Below are positions 19,669-29,416 of a stretch of DNA of 64,000 nucleotides, piece by piece. The translations under genes and the position numbers were made by a program. The notes under the pieces are model-generated. The model searched no databases, was not told the origin of the DNA, and was given only the letters and a program-made list of their open reading frames with translations. The stretch's first letter is position 1; each line of letters starts with the position of its first letter. The DNA comes from a virus (taxonomy: Duplodnaviria > Caudoviricetes): the IMG/VR virus record IMGVR_UViG_3300028048_000085, positions 1 through 64,000 of that record. One strand, 5' to 3'.

Positions 19669-21105
19669 TTACTTCACAATGTACTTGTTTCCAAGTGTGG
19701 TTAATGTCTTCTCATCAACTGTTGTATTGGAAGAACGACTTACCTTTACATAGTTAACAATCTTGTCTGCCTGCTCTCTGGTCATGTACTTTCCAGCTTC
19801 GAATCCAATCTCAACTGGACCGGTAACACCTCTCTCTATCTCTACAGTAATCTTTTCTGTCTTACCTGTAACAGTAGCATCGGTTGCATCACCACCTATG
19901 AAGATATGTTTATACTTAGACTTATCCCCATAGATCTTTCCAACAAATTCGTGAACAATACCACGATTTACAGACTGGAATATATCAACATCGCAGTTGA
20001 CAAGATTTAATGTAGCCTTGTCTGTCTGACCATTAGATCCACCACCGATAACATAGTAGAATCTAGAATCATTAGCATCGAGTTTAGACTCAACTGTGTA
20101 AGAGTATCCACACTGACCACCTGTATATGCAAGATAAACAGTAGCACCATTCAGTATAGCATTGAACTTCTTAGTCCAAGACTTACTAGCTAATGTTGTA
20201 GCTGTTGCCCATTCTGCATTAGCATCATTCTTCTGAATAATTGTATCACCACAGCTTAAGTAGTTTGTAGAAGAATGATCCATTGTAATATTAATAGTAT
20301 CTGTGCGAACAGCACCTACAAATCCAACGGCAGCATTTGATGTTGATCCATTTACAAGACGTACATTAACAGTACCAACCTTAACTGGATCAGCAGTAGA
20401 ATTATTGATAGATCCACCAATAACAGCTGCACCAAGCTTAGCACCATCTAATGTAACAGATGTAGACTCTACATATGTACCATCATCTGTTCCACCAATA
20501 ATAAATGAATCACGTGGAATCTCTACTTCCTTACCGGTAGATACGTTACGTACATAGTGCTTACCATCTTGCTTAGTAGTAGCGATAACAGCATTACCAT
20601 TACAGATAACACCATTTCCAGTAAAGTATCCAGCAACTTTACATTCACGTAACTCAATTTCTCTCTTTGTAGTAAATACAGCAATAGGAGAGAAAGATTC
20701 TAAAGAACCCCAAACATATCCATCAATATTTTCAGCATTCTCAACTTTAACCCATCCATTGGTCTTCTTATCCCAATGAAGGGCAATGATCTCAGCATTA
20801 GGATCAACCTTCTGTGGAGAAAGCAATGTCTTAACACCAGGCTTAGCGTCTACATCATATACACCAGCATATTCTGCAACATAACTTCCTTTTGGAACGA
20901 GTGGTGTAATAACACTATGCTCTGTTGTTAACCCTGCTTCCATTGTATCAACAGCCTCTTTCTCATTACCACGGAACTCAGCTGTAAATACAGAACTTGA
21001 ATGTGGGAATGTAGTTGGAATAATACGATCCCAATACTTCTGAATTCTGCCAAGGTAGATTCTAGGGAGCTCTTCTTTTACAATAGTTTCACTCATTTTG
21101 CGCAT
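19669..21105 (-). CDS. Hypothetical structural protein, beta-helix-like C-terminal half
   Basis: Long ORF with repeated xIGG / V-x-I motifs. Confidence 0.5.
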   Translation of the reverse strand: MRKMSETIVKEELPRIYLGRIQKYWDRIIPTTFPHSSSVFTAEFRGNEKEAVDTMEAGLTTEHSVITPLVPKGSYVAEYAGVYDVDAKPGVKTLLSPQKVDPNAEIIALHWDKKTNGWVKVENAENIDGYVWGSLESFSPIAVFTTKREIELRECKVAGYFTGNGVICNGNAVIATTKQDGKHYVRNVSTGKEVEIPRDSFIIGGTDDGTYVESTSVTLDGAKLGAAVIGGSINNSTADPVKVGTVNVRLVNGSTSNAAVGFVGAVRTDTINITMDHSSTNYLSCGDTIIQKNDANAEWATATTLASKSWTKKFNAILNGATVYLAYTGGQCGYSYTVESKLDANDSRFYYVIGGGSNGQTDKATLNLVNCDVDIFQSVNRGIVHEFVGKIYGDKSKYKHIFIGGDATDATVTGKTEKITVEIERGVTGPVEIGFEAGKYMTREQADKIVNYVKVSRSSNTTVDEKTLTTLGNKYIVK

Positions 21106-21118
21106 TTCTCCTTTCTAA

Positions 21119-21640
21119 TTAATATACCTCATCTTTAATGACATCCTCATTTGGAGCAGTGGTGTCATTTGTAGCATTCGTAGGTTTCTTAGGTACAGTA
21201 CCTTCTTCATCTTCGATGACATCCTTGTCATGAATCTTAACACCACGCCAAGTCATACCACCATCCTGAGAGTACTGAATAACACCATTCATAATCCTGA
21301 TATATGGCATACCATGATCTCCTAACGGTGTACGTACACTCTCTGTTGTGGATGCCTTAAAAATAATCTCACAATCAAGAATACTTAATACACTAATGCG
21401 TGACTTAACAGCCTGGAAATCATCTGATCCATCAACAATGATGTACCAATCTCTCTGATCAGAACCAGCAACAGAAATAGAAATTACCTTTCCAATGATA
21501 TGCTTTATAATACCAGAGGAGTTATAGGTAATATCTACCAGATCATCCATAGAGATTAAGCGATCTTTTACTGTATGATCGTCAAATGTAAGCTTAACTG
21601 CAACACTTGCTACAGCTGAGCATTTGATATCCATTAACAT
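21119..21640 (-). CDS. Hypothetical protein
   Basis: ORF with RBS heading the structural operon. Confidence 0.6.
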   Translation of the reverse strand: MLMDIKCSAVASVAVKLTFDDHTVKDRLISMDDLVDITYNSSGIIKHIIGKVISISVAGSDQRDWYIIVDGSDDFQAVKSRISVLSILDCEIIFKASTTESVRTPLGDHGMPYIRIMNGVIQYSQDGGMTWRGVKIHDKDVIEDEEGTVPKKPTNATNDTTAPNEDVIKDEVY

Positions 21641-21733
21641 ATATAATTACCATCCTTTCTTTAGGTTATTCAATTTATTATAAAGTTCACGGCATAAAAG
21701 GAGATACCGGTTGCTCGGTATCTCCTCTATTTT

Positions 21734-21898
21734 TCAATATTCCTGGTCCAAGATTGTGATATTATAAGTACCATCATCATTGTGGTGGATCTTGATGTCG
21801 TACTTATTATCTTTTATAAACTTCATAAGATCTTCTAATGAGTCTATTTCAATCTCGGTCTCACACATAGTATTAGGTTCTCCATAGAGCCAATACAT
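21734..21898 (-). CDS. Small hypothetical protein (54 aa), not in the ORF track
   Basis: ATG overlaps the TGA of the upstream gene (TGATG); followed by a terminator-like hairpin at ~21700-21726. Confidence 0.45.
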   Translation of the reverse strand: MYWLYGEPNTMCETEIEIDSLEDLMKFIKDNKYDIKIHHNDDGTYNITILDQEY

Positions 21899-22248
21899 CA
21901 AGCGTTAGAAGTTCCTTCTACACCACGAGCAGCACGATTTACAGTCCTCTTACGTAAAGCATCAACTGCTTCATATATTGCATCAATAGCTTCCTGATTC
22001 TCATTACAACGATATTCAGAATTCTGAAATCCTTCTAATCGTGTAACAACCATCAGCAACAGATCTTCATTAGAAACTCCATTAACACCAACCTCTTTAA
22101 TTGGCCCTTCTTGGAAATTAATCTGTGCTAATACATTATCATTCTGCACATCTTTCACTACAAAATGATGTGGAGCATTGTAATTAAATGAATCTTCACA
22201 CTCTACTTTAGTATACCTCTGTGTAAACTTTTCTTTTTTCAGTTCCAT
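21898..22248 (-). CDS. tad1: Tad1-family (Thoeris anti-defence 1) signalling-nucleotide sponge
   Basis: HHF...INFQEGPIKEVGVNGVSNEDLL..V..RLEGFQ...C.EN..A...R..RGVEGT matches the Tad1 pattern as I recall it (I.FQ.G..KE...GV...DLL.IV..RL..FQ......EN..A...R..R.V.GT). Confidence 0.8.
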   Translation of the reverse strand: MELKKEKFTQRYTKVECEDSFNYNAPHHFVVKDVQNDNVLAQINFQEGPIKEVGVNGVSNEDLLLMVVTRLEGFQNSEYRCNENQEAIDAIYEAVDALRKRTVNRAARGVEGTSNA

Positions 22249-22328
22249 TTTGTGTACTTCTCCTTTTGGTTTATTATTGTCAATTGTTGAATACTATGGA
22301 TCATTAACTTGATGTTTACCACACCTCT

Positions 22329-22607
22329 TTATTTGTCGTAAGTAATCTCAACATCTGAGCCAATACGTTTCCTAGAAATTGTACCTACCCGTTCTTCTGT
22401 ATAATTAAAATTTGTCTCCCAGCTACAATCAGGATCCATACAAACAACTGTTCCAGATATCTTTGTCCTTTCAGTAAATTTACCAGATCCTATCATGGTA
22501 AAATCATAATGAAAATCATTTGGATCTATGATTTGTGGAATAGATGTTTCAAGACAACGTACCTTTGCTTCTTTCCCACAGATTGGGCAATATACTTTAT
22601 CAACCAT
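22329..22607 (-). CDS. Small zinc-ribbon-like protein
   Basis: YCPICG...CMDPDC. Confidence 0.55.
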   Translation of the reverse strand: MVDKVYCPICGKEAKVRCLETSIPQIIDPNDFHYDFTMIGSGKFTERTKISGTVVCMDPDCSWETNFNYTEERVGTISRKRIGSDVEITYDK

Positions 22608-22833
22608 ACAACTTATTATCTCCCTCTATTGAAATATTGCGTTTACAAGATAAGCAAAACATCTCAGCAGATAGTGTTTCATAATTTCTTGTATCTGAAA
22701 CAGGAAGATGCGTTGGAATTATTTCGCTACGATGATAACGTTTGTATGATGATACCTTGTTTTCTGCACCACAGATTGGACAATATATCACCATTGAATC
22801 TTGTTTGGGAAAGTGTTTAGTATTATCCTTCAT
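22600..22833 (-). CDS. Small zinc-ribbon-like protein
   Basis: YCPICG...CLSC. Confidence 0.55.
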   Translation of the reverse strand: MKDNTKHFPKQDSMVIYCPICGAENKVSSYKRYHRSEIIPTHLPVSDTRNYETLSAEMFCLSCKRNISIEGDNKLYG

Positions 22834-22849
22834 TAGAATCTCCTTTTTA

Positions 22850-23284
22850 CTATTTCATATTCATATTAGACGTTTCTTTATATGTACCACCAATGTAATC
22901 TAGTTCTGTAAAGGCTTTCTTGCCATCTCCAACCTTGACTGTATTGGTAGATCTGTCAAATACGATCTCACCATCACCTAAGACTGGATTTGCCTCTTCC
23001 AACTCTTCGGTTGTTCCACACCATAACAACATACGATTATCACTAATTTTACGAGACTTCTGAAACTTCTCAACAGCTTCTGCTGTCTTCTCTCCATACA
23101 CACCATCAATCTTAATAGGATATCCAGCGTTAACCAACTTCTTTTGGATATTCTTTATATCTGATTTATCAGAAGATTTATTTGATGAACTGTAATGAGG
23201 TGAATCATTGATACGTTTGTTTTCAAGATAACGTGATGATACGCATATAGCACAAACAACGATTATAGATACTATATATACCAT
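22850..23284 (-). CDS. Chimeric protein: N-terminal hydrophobic helix, peptidoglycan-binding domain, Mtd-N-like module
   Basis: Likely start MVYIVSII after AAGGTGG; DGVYGEKTAEAVEKFQK identical to the endolysin; NPVLGDGEIVFD...KVGDGKK like 11786..13513. Confidence 0.7.
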   Translation of the reverse strand: MVYIVSIIVVCAICVSSRYLENKRINDSPHYSSSNKSSDKSDIKNIQKKLVNAGYPIKIDGVYGEKTAEAVEKFQKSRKISDNRMLLWCGTTEELEEANPVLGDGEIVFDRSTNTVKVGDGKKAFTELDYIGGTYKETSNMNMK

Positions 23285-23297
23285 ATAATCACCACCT

Positions 23298-23759
23298 TTA
23301 AACAATGATCCAGTCTGTTCTAGTTGTGAAGTCAAGCGTGAAGTCTCTACGTTTTGTATCAAAGAAACAGAATTCCTCGTCATCTCTTGTATGGATCATA
23401 ATTGTTTTATTATAATCCCAGTACCAGTATCCTAGCCATTCTGGAAGCTTAATTTTACAACCAGATTTCATAGCATTATATGCTTCTGCCCAATCCATAT
23501 AATGTAATGTATTAGATGATCCATCACTGGTAGAATGGCAAGCTCTAGAATCATCATCACATATCGCACGGTATTCTATTGCTACTACTTCTATGTCTTT
23601 ATCTAAAGTAATGAATTTTCTAATAATTCCAGTTTCAGAATCATGTACAATTGTATTAATCACATTATCGTTATAATCTTGCTTTTGATAATAATGATCA
23701 TGGCTATCTTGCTCTGGTAAATAAAACATGTTTCCCAGCTCTAAATCTTCGAACTTCAT
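23298..23759 (-). CDS. Protein with a C-terminal Tad2/DUF2829-like domain
   Basis: MDWAEAYNAMKSGCKIKLPEW.GYW...DWIIV resembles the M.F.EA...K.G.K....W...DW..V pattern. Confidence 0.5.
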   Translation of the reverse strand: MKFEDLELGNMFYLPEQDSHDHYYQKQDYNDNVINTIVHDSETGIIRKFITLDKDIEVVAIEYRAICDDDSRACHSTSDGSSNTLHYMDWAEAYNAMKSGCKIKLPEWLGYWYWDYNKTIMIHTRDDEEFCFFDTKRRDFTLDFTTRTDWIIV

Positions 23760-23773
23760 AAATACTCCTCCTG

Positions 23774-24922
23774 TTACTTCTCTGGTTTACCACGTAAGAT
23801 TGCATTGTGTTCTACTGCATTATAGATAACCTCTTTTACATTAGACAAGAACGTACTATCTTTACTCTGATCCAGCATGATAGCATTATATATCACGTAA
23901 TAGATATATGCATGATTTGTTGGTATATTGATATCATAGTTCTGCACCTGTTTGCAGAACAGAATAAAGAATGCTCTTACCATGTCATTAGAGTAACCTT
24001 CAAGATGACGAGATAATACTGTCAATCCCATATGAATATCATAAATATTATTACTAGAATTACGATATTTATTAAGGAATCGATCAAATACTCGATTTGG
24101 TTTCTCAAGATCAATAGATCGTATCTTAGTCTTCTTAGCAAACTCTTTAAGCATTGTAAGATTTTTTGCCTCGTCGATAGCATCCAGAATTTCCATCATC
24201 TTCTGTTTCTTATCACTATCATCCATTGTATCTTCAGCAATCTTGCGATATTCGTCAGGTGATAACTCTTTATCAGAATTATATATAACAGATAACTCTT
24301 GTGCAAAATCATGCTTTGCTTTTTCCTGCTTGATATTTAAGATAAAATCATTTATCAGGTTATCACAAATACCATTACGGAATGTACGCATCTGTGTTGC
24401 ATCTAATCCCATACCATTTTCTGATACATATAGATCAACAGAAGATTGCATCTCTTCTGGCAACTCTTTGTAGATATTGAACTTCTCTCCAGCGATCTTA
24501 CGATTAGCAATATCGAGCAGCTTCTTGATCTTATCTTCATCAATACTATGCTCACCACTATCGGTTAACCATTTGAAGATGAACTCTGTATCCTTAGCAT
24601 ATTCAGAAACATCATGAGTAGTAATATTTCCCATGTCAGATACATGAGTTTTTCCACTGTTAATTTCTTCTACAATATCTTCAAAAGACTTTGTATGCTT
24701 AGCAGCTCCAATAACTTTCTGCTCACCAGTATTAGGATCTAACTCTACCTGCATTTCTTTATATTCACCTTCTAATGGTTTCTCTACAGCAGGTCTCTCC
24801 AGAACACCATTATTTGATGGATAATTCTGAATCTCTTCGATCTTGGTTCCTTTTACAAAATCATCCAGCTCCTTAGCTATTGCATCAGCCTGCTCTGGTG
24901 TTATCTTATCTGTATTTTCCAT
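23774..24922 (-). CDS. Hypothetical protein
   Basis: Long ORF; probable start MENTDK after AGGAGG. Confidence 0.65.
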   Translation of the reverse strand: MENTDKITPEQADAIAKELDDFVKGTKIEEIQNYPSNNGVLERPAVEKPLEGEYKEMQVELDPNTGEQKVIGAAKHTKSFEDIVEEINSGKTHVSDMGNITTHDVSEYAKDTEFIFKWLTDSGEHSIDEDKIKKLLDIANRKIAGEKFNIYKELPEEMQSSVDLYVSENGMGLDATQMRTFRNGICDNLINDFILNIKQEKAKHDFAQELSVIYNSDKELSPDEYRKIAEDTMDDSDKKQKMMEILDAIDEAKNLTMLKEFAKKTKIRSIDLEKPNRVFDRFLNKYRNSSNNIYDIHMGLTVLSRHLEGYSNDMVRAFFILFCKQVQNYDINIPTNHAYIYYVIYNAIMLDQSKDSTFLSNVKEVIYNAVEHNAILRGKPEK

Positions 24923-24935
24923 ATATCCTCCTACA

Positions 24936-25712
24936 CTACCGTCTCGTCTGAATCTGATCAATTGGTGTAACTTCTCTGGTCATAGACTGTAACTTTAACT
25001 TGATACTGGTTAATACATCAGCAGTATGATACTGATCTGTTACATATATAGCAAAGAAGTTCTTAAAGATATCACCAGTATCTTCAAATAATGTAAGCAT
25101 AAATGTTGCTGTCTGTCGATCTGTGAAATACTGAATAAGTGTCTCAAAAGATATGTCATATGCACACATATCATAGACAACACGATTCAGATTCTGATGG
25201 ATCGACATCATCTTAGGATCAATATAGCGATATATAACCTGATCCTTATTTACAGCATCCTCTTTCACCAAACCGTCTGCTACCAGTTTAGCATATATAT
25301 TGTCAGAATTATCAATAATATATCTGATGAAGAAGTCGATCATATAATCTGTAAATCTAGATATAAAGATATCATACATTGTATGAGCTACAGAATATAA
25401 CTCGATTGGATTGAGATTATCGTAATTACCAATAAAATCAATCTGGTAATATTGACAGATCATAGTAATGATTTCGATATATGTCTTATCTCTCACATCG
25501 CAAATCTTATCTTTATAATCTGGTCCAGCTTCTAAGATTCCCTTAAAGTTTCTATCTAATACATCCACATAGTTTGGCATTGGATTATCAAATGGACGAA
25601 ACTTCATCTTAAGAGAATCCTCGATTACATTCATAATATACTCAGTGCTAAAGTTACTTAAAATTATACCGATAGCACCATCGGTATCAATAGAGTTGGC
25701 AAAACTCGACAT
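24936..25712 (-). CDS. Hypothetical protein
   Basis: ORF with AGGAGG RBS. Confidence 0.65.
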   Translation of the reverse strand: MSSFANSIDTDGAIGIILSNFSTEYIMNVIEDSLKMKFRPFDNPMPNYVDVLDRNFKGILEAGPDYKDKICDVRDKTYIEIITMICQYYQIDFIGNYDNLNPIELYSVAHTMYDIFISRFTDYMIDFFIRYIIDNSDNIYAKLVADGLVKEDAVNKDQVIYRYIDPKMMSIHQNLNRVVYDMCAYDISFETLIQYFTDRQTATFMLTLFEDTGDIFKNFFAIYVTDQYHTADVLTSIKLKLQSMTREVTPIDQIQTRR

Positions 25713-25913
25713 CTTATTTCCTCCTTATTCGGTTAGAATAGTCAACATTGATTTTATAATTACATAATTGTCATATATTATGTAATTAATAACAAGACTG
25801 ATGTCTCTAGGATTGTTCATCCTAGAGACACTGACTATATGAAAATGAGTTTCGAGAATAATAATCTTACAAAAGATTCTATTCTATTATATTAGAGTTA
25901 AATGTATTAGAAA

Positions 25914-28259
25914 TTAATCTAAGTCATCCCACATTGATGCAAGATTACCTTTTAAGTAGCTCTTCTGTAATCGTCGCATATTGCTTTCGACATAGTAACT
26001 AGAAACATCCATATCAGTATTCAACTCAGTTAGCAATAATCCTTCTTCTGGATCTTGAGATGTAAATAAACTGTCTGGTAATTTCGTATATGTTGCAGCA
26101 TTGATGTTATTATACATTGATGGATCGACACCAGTATCACTAGCAAACTGATCTCTGGTATGCTTATCGAGAGCAAAGATTGTATCTCGTCTTTGTAACC
26201 GATCCATATATTGATCAACCATTACATCTTCTGATGTTTTGATTCCATTGGACTTAATAACCCAATCAAGATCTTTATTAATATCATCATTGATGCCTTC
26301 AACATCAAATACTCGTTGATCTAGTTTCTCACGATGTTCCAGAGCAGCTTCAAATTCCAATTCTTCCAGATCTTCATCTTGATCTGTCTTAATTGTATTC
26401 TTAAGAATATGCCAATTCTCTGTCAGATTCTTACCATCATACCATACATACAATGCCATAAGATAAGAGAATACCTGATCATCATGAGTCTTATCAGAAT
26501 GCTCAACTTTACCGGAAGGTTTCTTAACTTCCATTGCCGACATCTCTGAATGAAGTATCGGTGCCACGAATTTATCTTTATGGAGAGCTACACGATCATA
26601 TAAGATTTCAATTAATCTTCTACGTATTTCCCGAGTGGAGTTTATACAATAAACTTTCATTCGTCGTTTACGCTTCTCCATTCGCACACCATTGTATGCT
26701 TCTTCGATAGCAACATCTTTTTCTTCCCAATATAGATTCTTCTTAACCGATGTCTTTACCAGTCTTGCAATAACAGAACTTCCAAATCCACCATTACGCT
26801 CAATATTAATTACAGCGTTATTCATGTATTTGGATACTAGTTCATATATAACTTCGGCTAAATCATCTGTAGGAATGTAGTTGCAGTTTAATGTGGCAGT
26901 AACTCTTGTTGTATGCGAATCAATTACAGTAATAGCAGAACTATCATTATATGTAGCACCAGCGACATCGACTCCGATAATTGGTGGATATTGTAAATCG
27001 ATATCTTCATATACCTGGAATTCGTACTGGTGGAACCGTCCAAATCGAATTGTTCGTATTGGCTCTTTCAGATGAAGTTTAATCTTATCAAGGTCTTCCT
27101 GAGTAAATGGACAGTCGGTACTAGACTCAGCCCACTCCAATAAAACTTCTCGACGGATATCGGGCCATGAACCCTGCATGGTCTGTACCATTTCTTTGAA
27201 GTAATCTTGTCCTAAACCTAATTGCTGATAAGAATATGTGATATAGAAGAATGCATTATTTGTATTTGCTTCTTTTAATCCCTTCAACTGATTATAATCG
27301 TAATCGTAGAAATCTTCACTCCAAGGTGTAGCAGTCTTCAACATCATGTAAGCGAACTCACCAGAAGTTGTCAACAAGTCGCCAGGTGTTGTAGTAAGTA
27401 CCATTCCATATGGTGCATGATTTCTTTCAGCATTCTTTGCAGCTTTAGAGAATGCAGGAGCAGCAGCCATATATACTTCTTTATTATATGGCATGAAGGC
27501 AAACTCATCATAATACTGCAATGGCATTGTGGAACCTCGACCCAAGTTATTTGCCGCATCTTTTGTACGGGCAGATGGGAAGGTTACAATTCTATTATGG
27601 TTGAATGGATGCTCGATCATTACAACAGTATTTGGTACTTTGAGTTTCTTACCATCAGCACCAGTAGTAGCAGATAGTTGTAAGTATGATGGTAATGCAT
27701 CTCGATATTCTTTTAGATGTTTCAAGTTATTCTTAGATCCAGGATGATCTTTATGAATAAACATAATCTCAGAGTTTGTTGTACCGAAATTATAACACCA
27801 TAGATATCGGAATAGTGCAGCAGTAGTCTTACCAGTCTGTCGAGGGAGTGTAATATAGAAATTGAAATTCATCATATATAGGAAATTCATTGCTAAATTT
27901 CCTCGATGTAACTGGAATCTTATACCACCATTTACCTGGTCACCCTGGATTGGGATTCTTGCAACTTCTCTTAAGAAGTACCAATAGTTTCGTTTACATT
28001 CTAAAAGAACACGACCCTTCATTGGTGCACTTAGATTAGGATCTCTTGGATCTACTCCGGCTAATCCAGCATCTAGTAAACATAAGAAGAAATCGTTATT
28101 AACAATACCAACAGATTTTAGATAATAATGCATATCCAAGAACGATTGGTTTGTTGTTTCTTTATGTATATACATAACCTGTGGTCGTTGTAACTGTGTC
28201 TGAACAGGCATAAAATAAACCTCCTTTCCTAGCAGTCTATTATTATCTTGTAGAATCAA
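25914..28259 (-). CDS. terL: Terminase large subunit (true start probably MPVQTQ near 28211)
   Basis: Walker A LPRQTGKT, Walker B YYDEFAF, TTTPG coupling motif, nuclease GVDVA...D.S and HDDQV. Confidence 0.88.
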   Translation of the reverse strand: MILQDNNRLLGKEVYFMPVQTQLQRPQVMYIHKETTNQSFLDMHYYLKSVGIVNNDFFLCLLDAGLAGVDPRDPNLSAPMKGRVLLECKRNYWYFLREVARIPIQGDQVNGGIRFQLHRGNLAMNFLYMMNFNFYITLPRQTGKTTAALFRYLWCYNFGTTNSEIMFIHKDHPGSKNNLKHLKEYRDALPSYLQLSATTGADGKKLKVPNTVVMIEHPFNHNRIVTFPSARTKDAANNLGRGSTMPLQYYDEFAFMPYNKEVYMAAAPAFSKAAKNAERNHAPYGMVLTTTPGDLLTTSGEFAYMMLKTATPWSEDFYDYDYNQLKGLKEANTNNAFFYITYSYQQLGLGQDYFKEMVQTMQGSWPDIRREVLLEWAESSTDCPFTQEDLDKIKLHLKEPIRTIRFGRFHQYEFQVYEDIDLQYPPIIGVDVAGATYNDSSAITVIDSHTTRVTATLNCNYIPTDDLAEVIYELVSKYMNNAVINIERNGGFGSSVIARLVKTSVKKNLYWEEKDVAIEEAYNGVRMEKRKRRMKVYCINSTREIRRRLIEILYDRVALHKDKFVAPILHSEMSAMEVKKPSGKVEHSDKTHDDQVFSYLMALYVWYDGKNLTENWHILKNTIKTDQDEDLEELEFEAALEHREKLDQRVFDVEGINDDINKDLDWVIKSNGIKTSEDVMVDQYMDRLQRRDTIFALDKHTRDQFASDTGVDPSMYNNINAATYTKLPDSLFTSQDPEEGLLLTELNTDMDVSSYYVESNMRRLQKSYLKGNLASMWDDLD

Positions 28260-28328
28260 TAGAAACGAAATACCCAGAGAGCGCCTAACTCTCCGGATAC
28301 CTCTATTTATAAAAAGTATGTGTAGGAT

Positions 28329-29315
28329 TTACTTAATTGTTGCAAGTTTTGTAATTGTTTTCTTACCAGCAACGCCATCAACTGTAAGATTATGCTTCTT
28401 CTGGAACTTCTCTACAGCTTCTGCTGTCTTTTCTCCATATACACCATCAGCTTTAATATCATATCCAGCTTTAGCCAACTTCTTCTGGATCCATTTTACA
28501 TCCGATCCTTTAGATCCAATCTTATATGTACCAGTTGGAGTATCATCCTTCTTTGGCTCCACCTTTTTCTCATCTTCCTTCTTCTTAGGTGCAGAAGGAC
28601 CATCTGCTACTAATTTAGCAATAGTATCTTTACCAGCAATACCATCAGCCTTAATCTTACAAGACTTCTGGAACTTAACCAATGCATTATATGTAGATAT
28701 ACCAAATGATCCATCAATATCTAATGGATATCCAGATTCTACTAATTCCCACTGTAACCACTTAACAGTTACTCCCTTAGAACCCTTCTTAAGATTTGGC
28801 TTAGCTTTTGTATATGGGTTAGATCCTTTAACCTTGTAGGTAACATTATCTGCTGCTTCACCATACTCAATATATGGCATCAATAATCCATGTGTCCAAG
28901 CGGTATCAGTAATCTTGGTCTTTACACAACCATAGTCGATACCCTTGCACTCGATAACATAACCGTTACCAATATAGATTCCGGTATGTCCTTCCTTCCA
29001 AACAGATGTACCAATAGGGAATTTCTTCCAATCTTTGATTGACATTCTTTTTGTAGCAATTGAGTACATCTGTGCAGTACCATATAACTTACCAGAATAA
29101 GCATACAGTAATCCACTACAGTCACAGCATCTCTTTCCAACGAGCTTCTTAGTCTTAATCTTCTTTAAATATGCTGGTGTAAATACAGATGGATACATTC
29201 TTGTCCAACTGTTTACCATTGACTGAGTCACAATCTGGTTCTTTGCACCATAGATATATGGAGTACCAAGCATTGTTTTTGCAAACTTAGCTGCTCCTTC
29301 TCCTGTTAAAGCCAT
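28329..29315 (-). CDS. NlpC/P60 cell-wall peptidase with two peptidoglycan-binding domains (endolysin-like)
   Basis: GTPYIYG, DCSGL, GHTGIYIG; two LK.GS.G..VKW.Q..L...DG..G..T domains. Confidence 0.85.
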   Translation of the reverse strand: MALTGEGAAKFAKTMLGTPYIYGAKNQIVTQSMVNSWTRMYPSVFTPAYLKKIKTKKLVGKRCCDCSGLLYAYSGKLYGTAQMYSIATKRMSIKDWKKFPIGTSVWKEGHTGIYIGNGYVIECKGIDYGCVKTKITDTAWTHGLLMPYIEYGEAADNVTYKVKGSNPYTKAKPNLKKGSKGVTVKWLQWELVESGYPLDIDGSFGISTYNALVKFQKSCKIKADGIAGKDTIAKLVADGPSAPKKKEDEKKVEPKKDDTPTGTYKIGSKGSDVKWIQKKLAKAGYDIKADGVYGEKTAEAVEKFQKKHNLTVDGVAGKKTITKLATIK

Positions 29316-29416
29316 ATTAAAACCTCCTCAGTTTATATATGATAATCAATAAGTTGCATTTATCTAAGAGTTCTCAAATGAAATAACCCTAGGTATTACT
29401 ACCTAGGGTCACTGTA

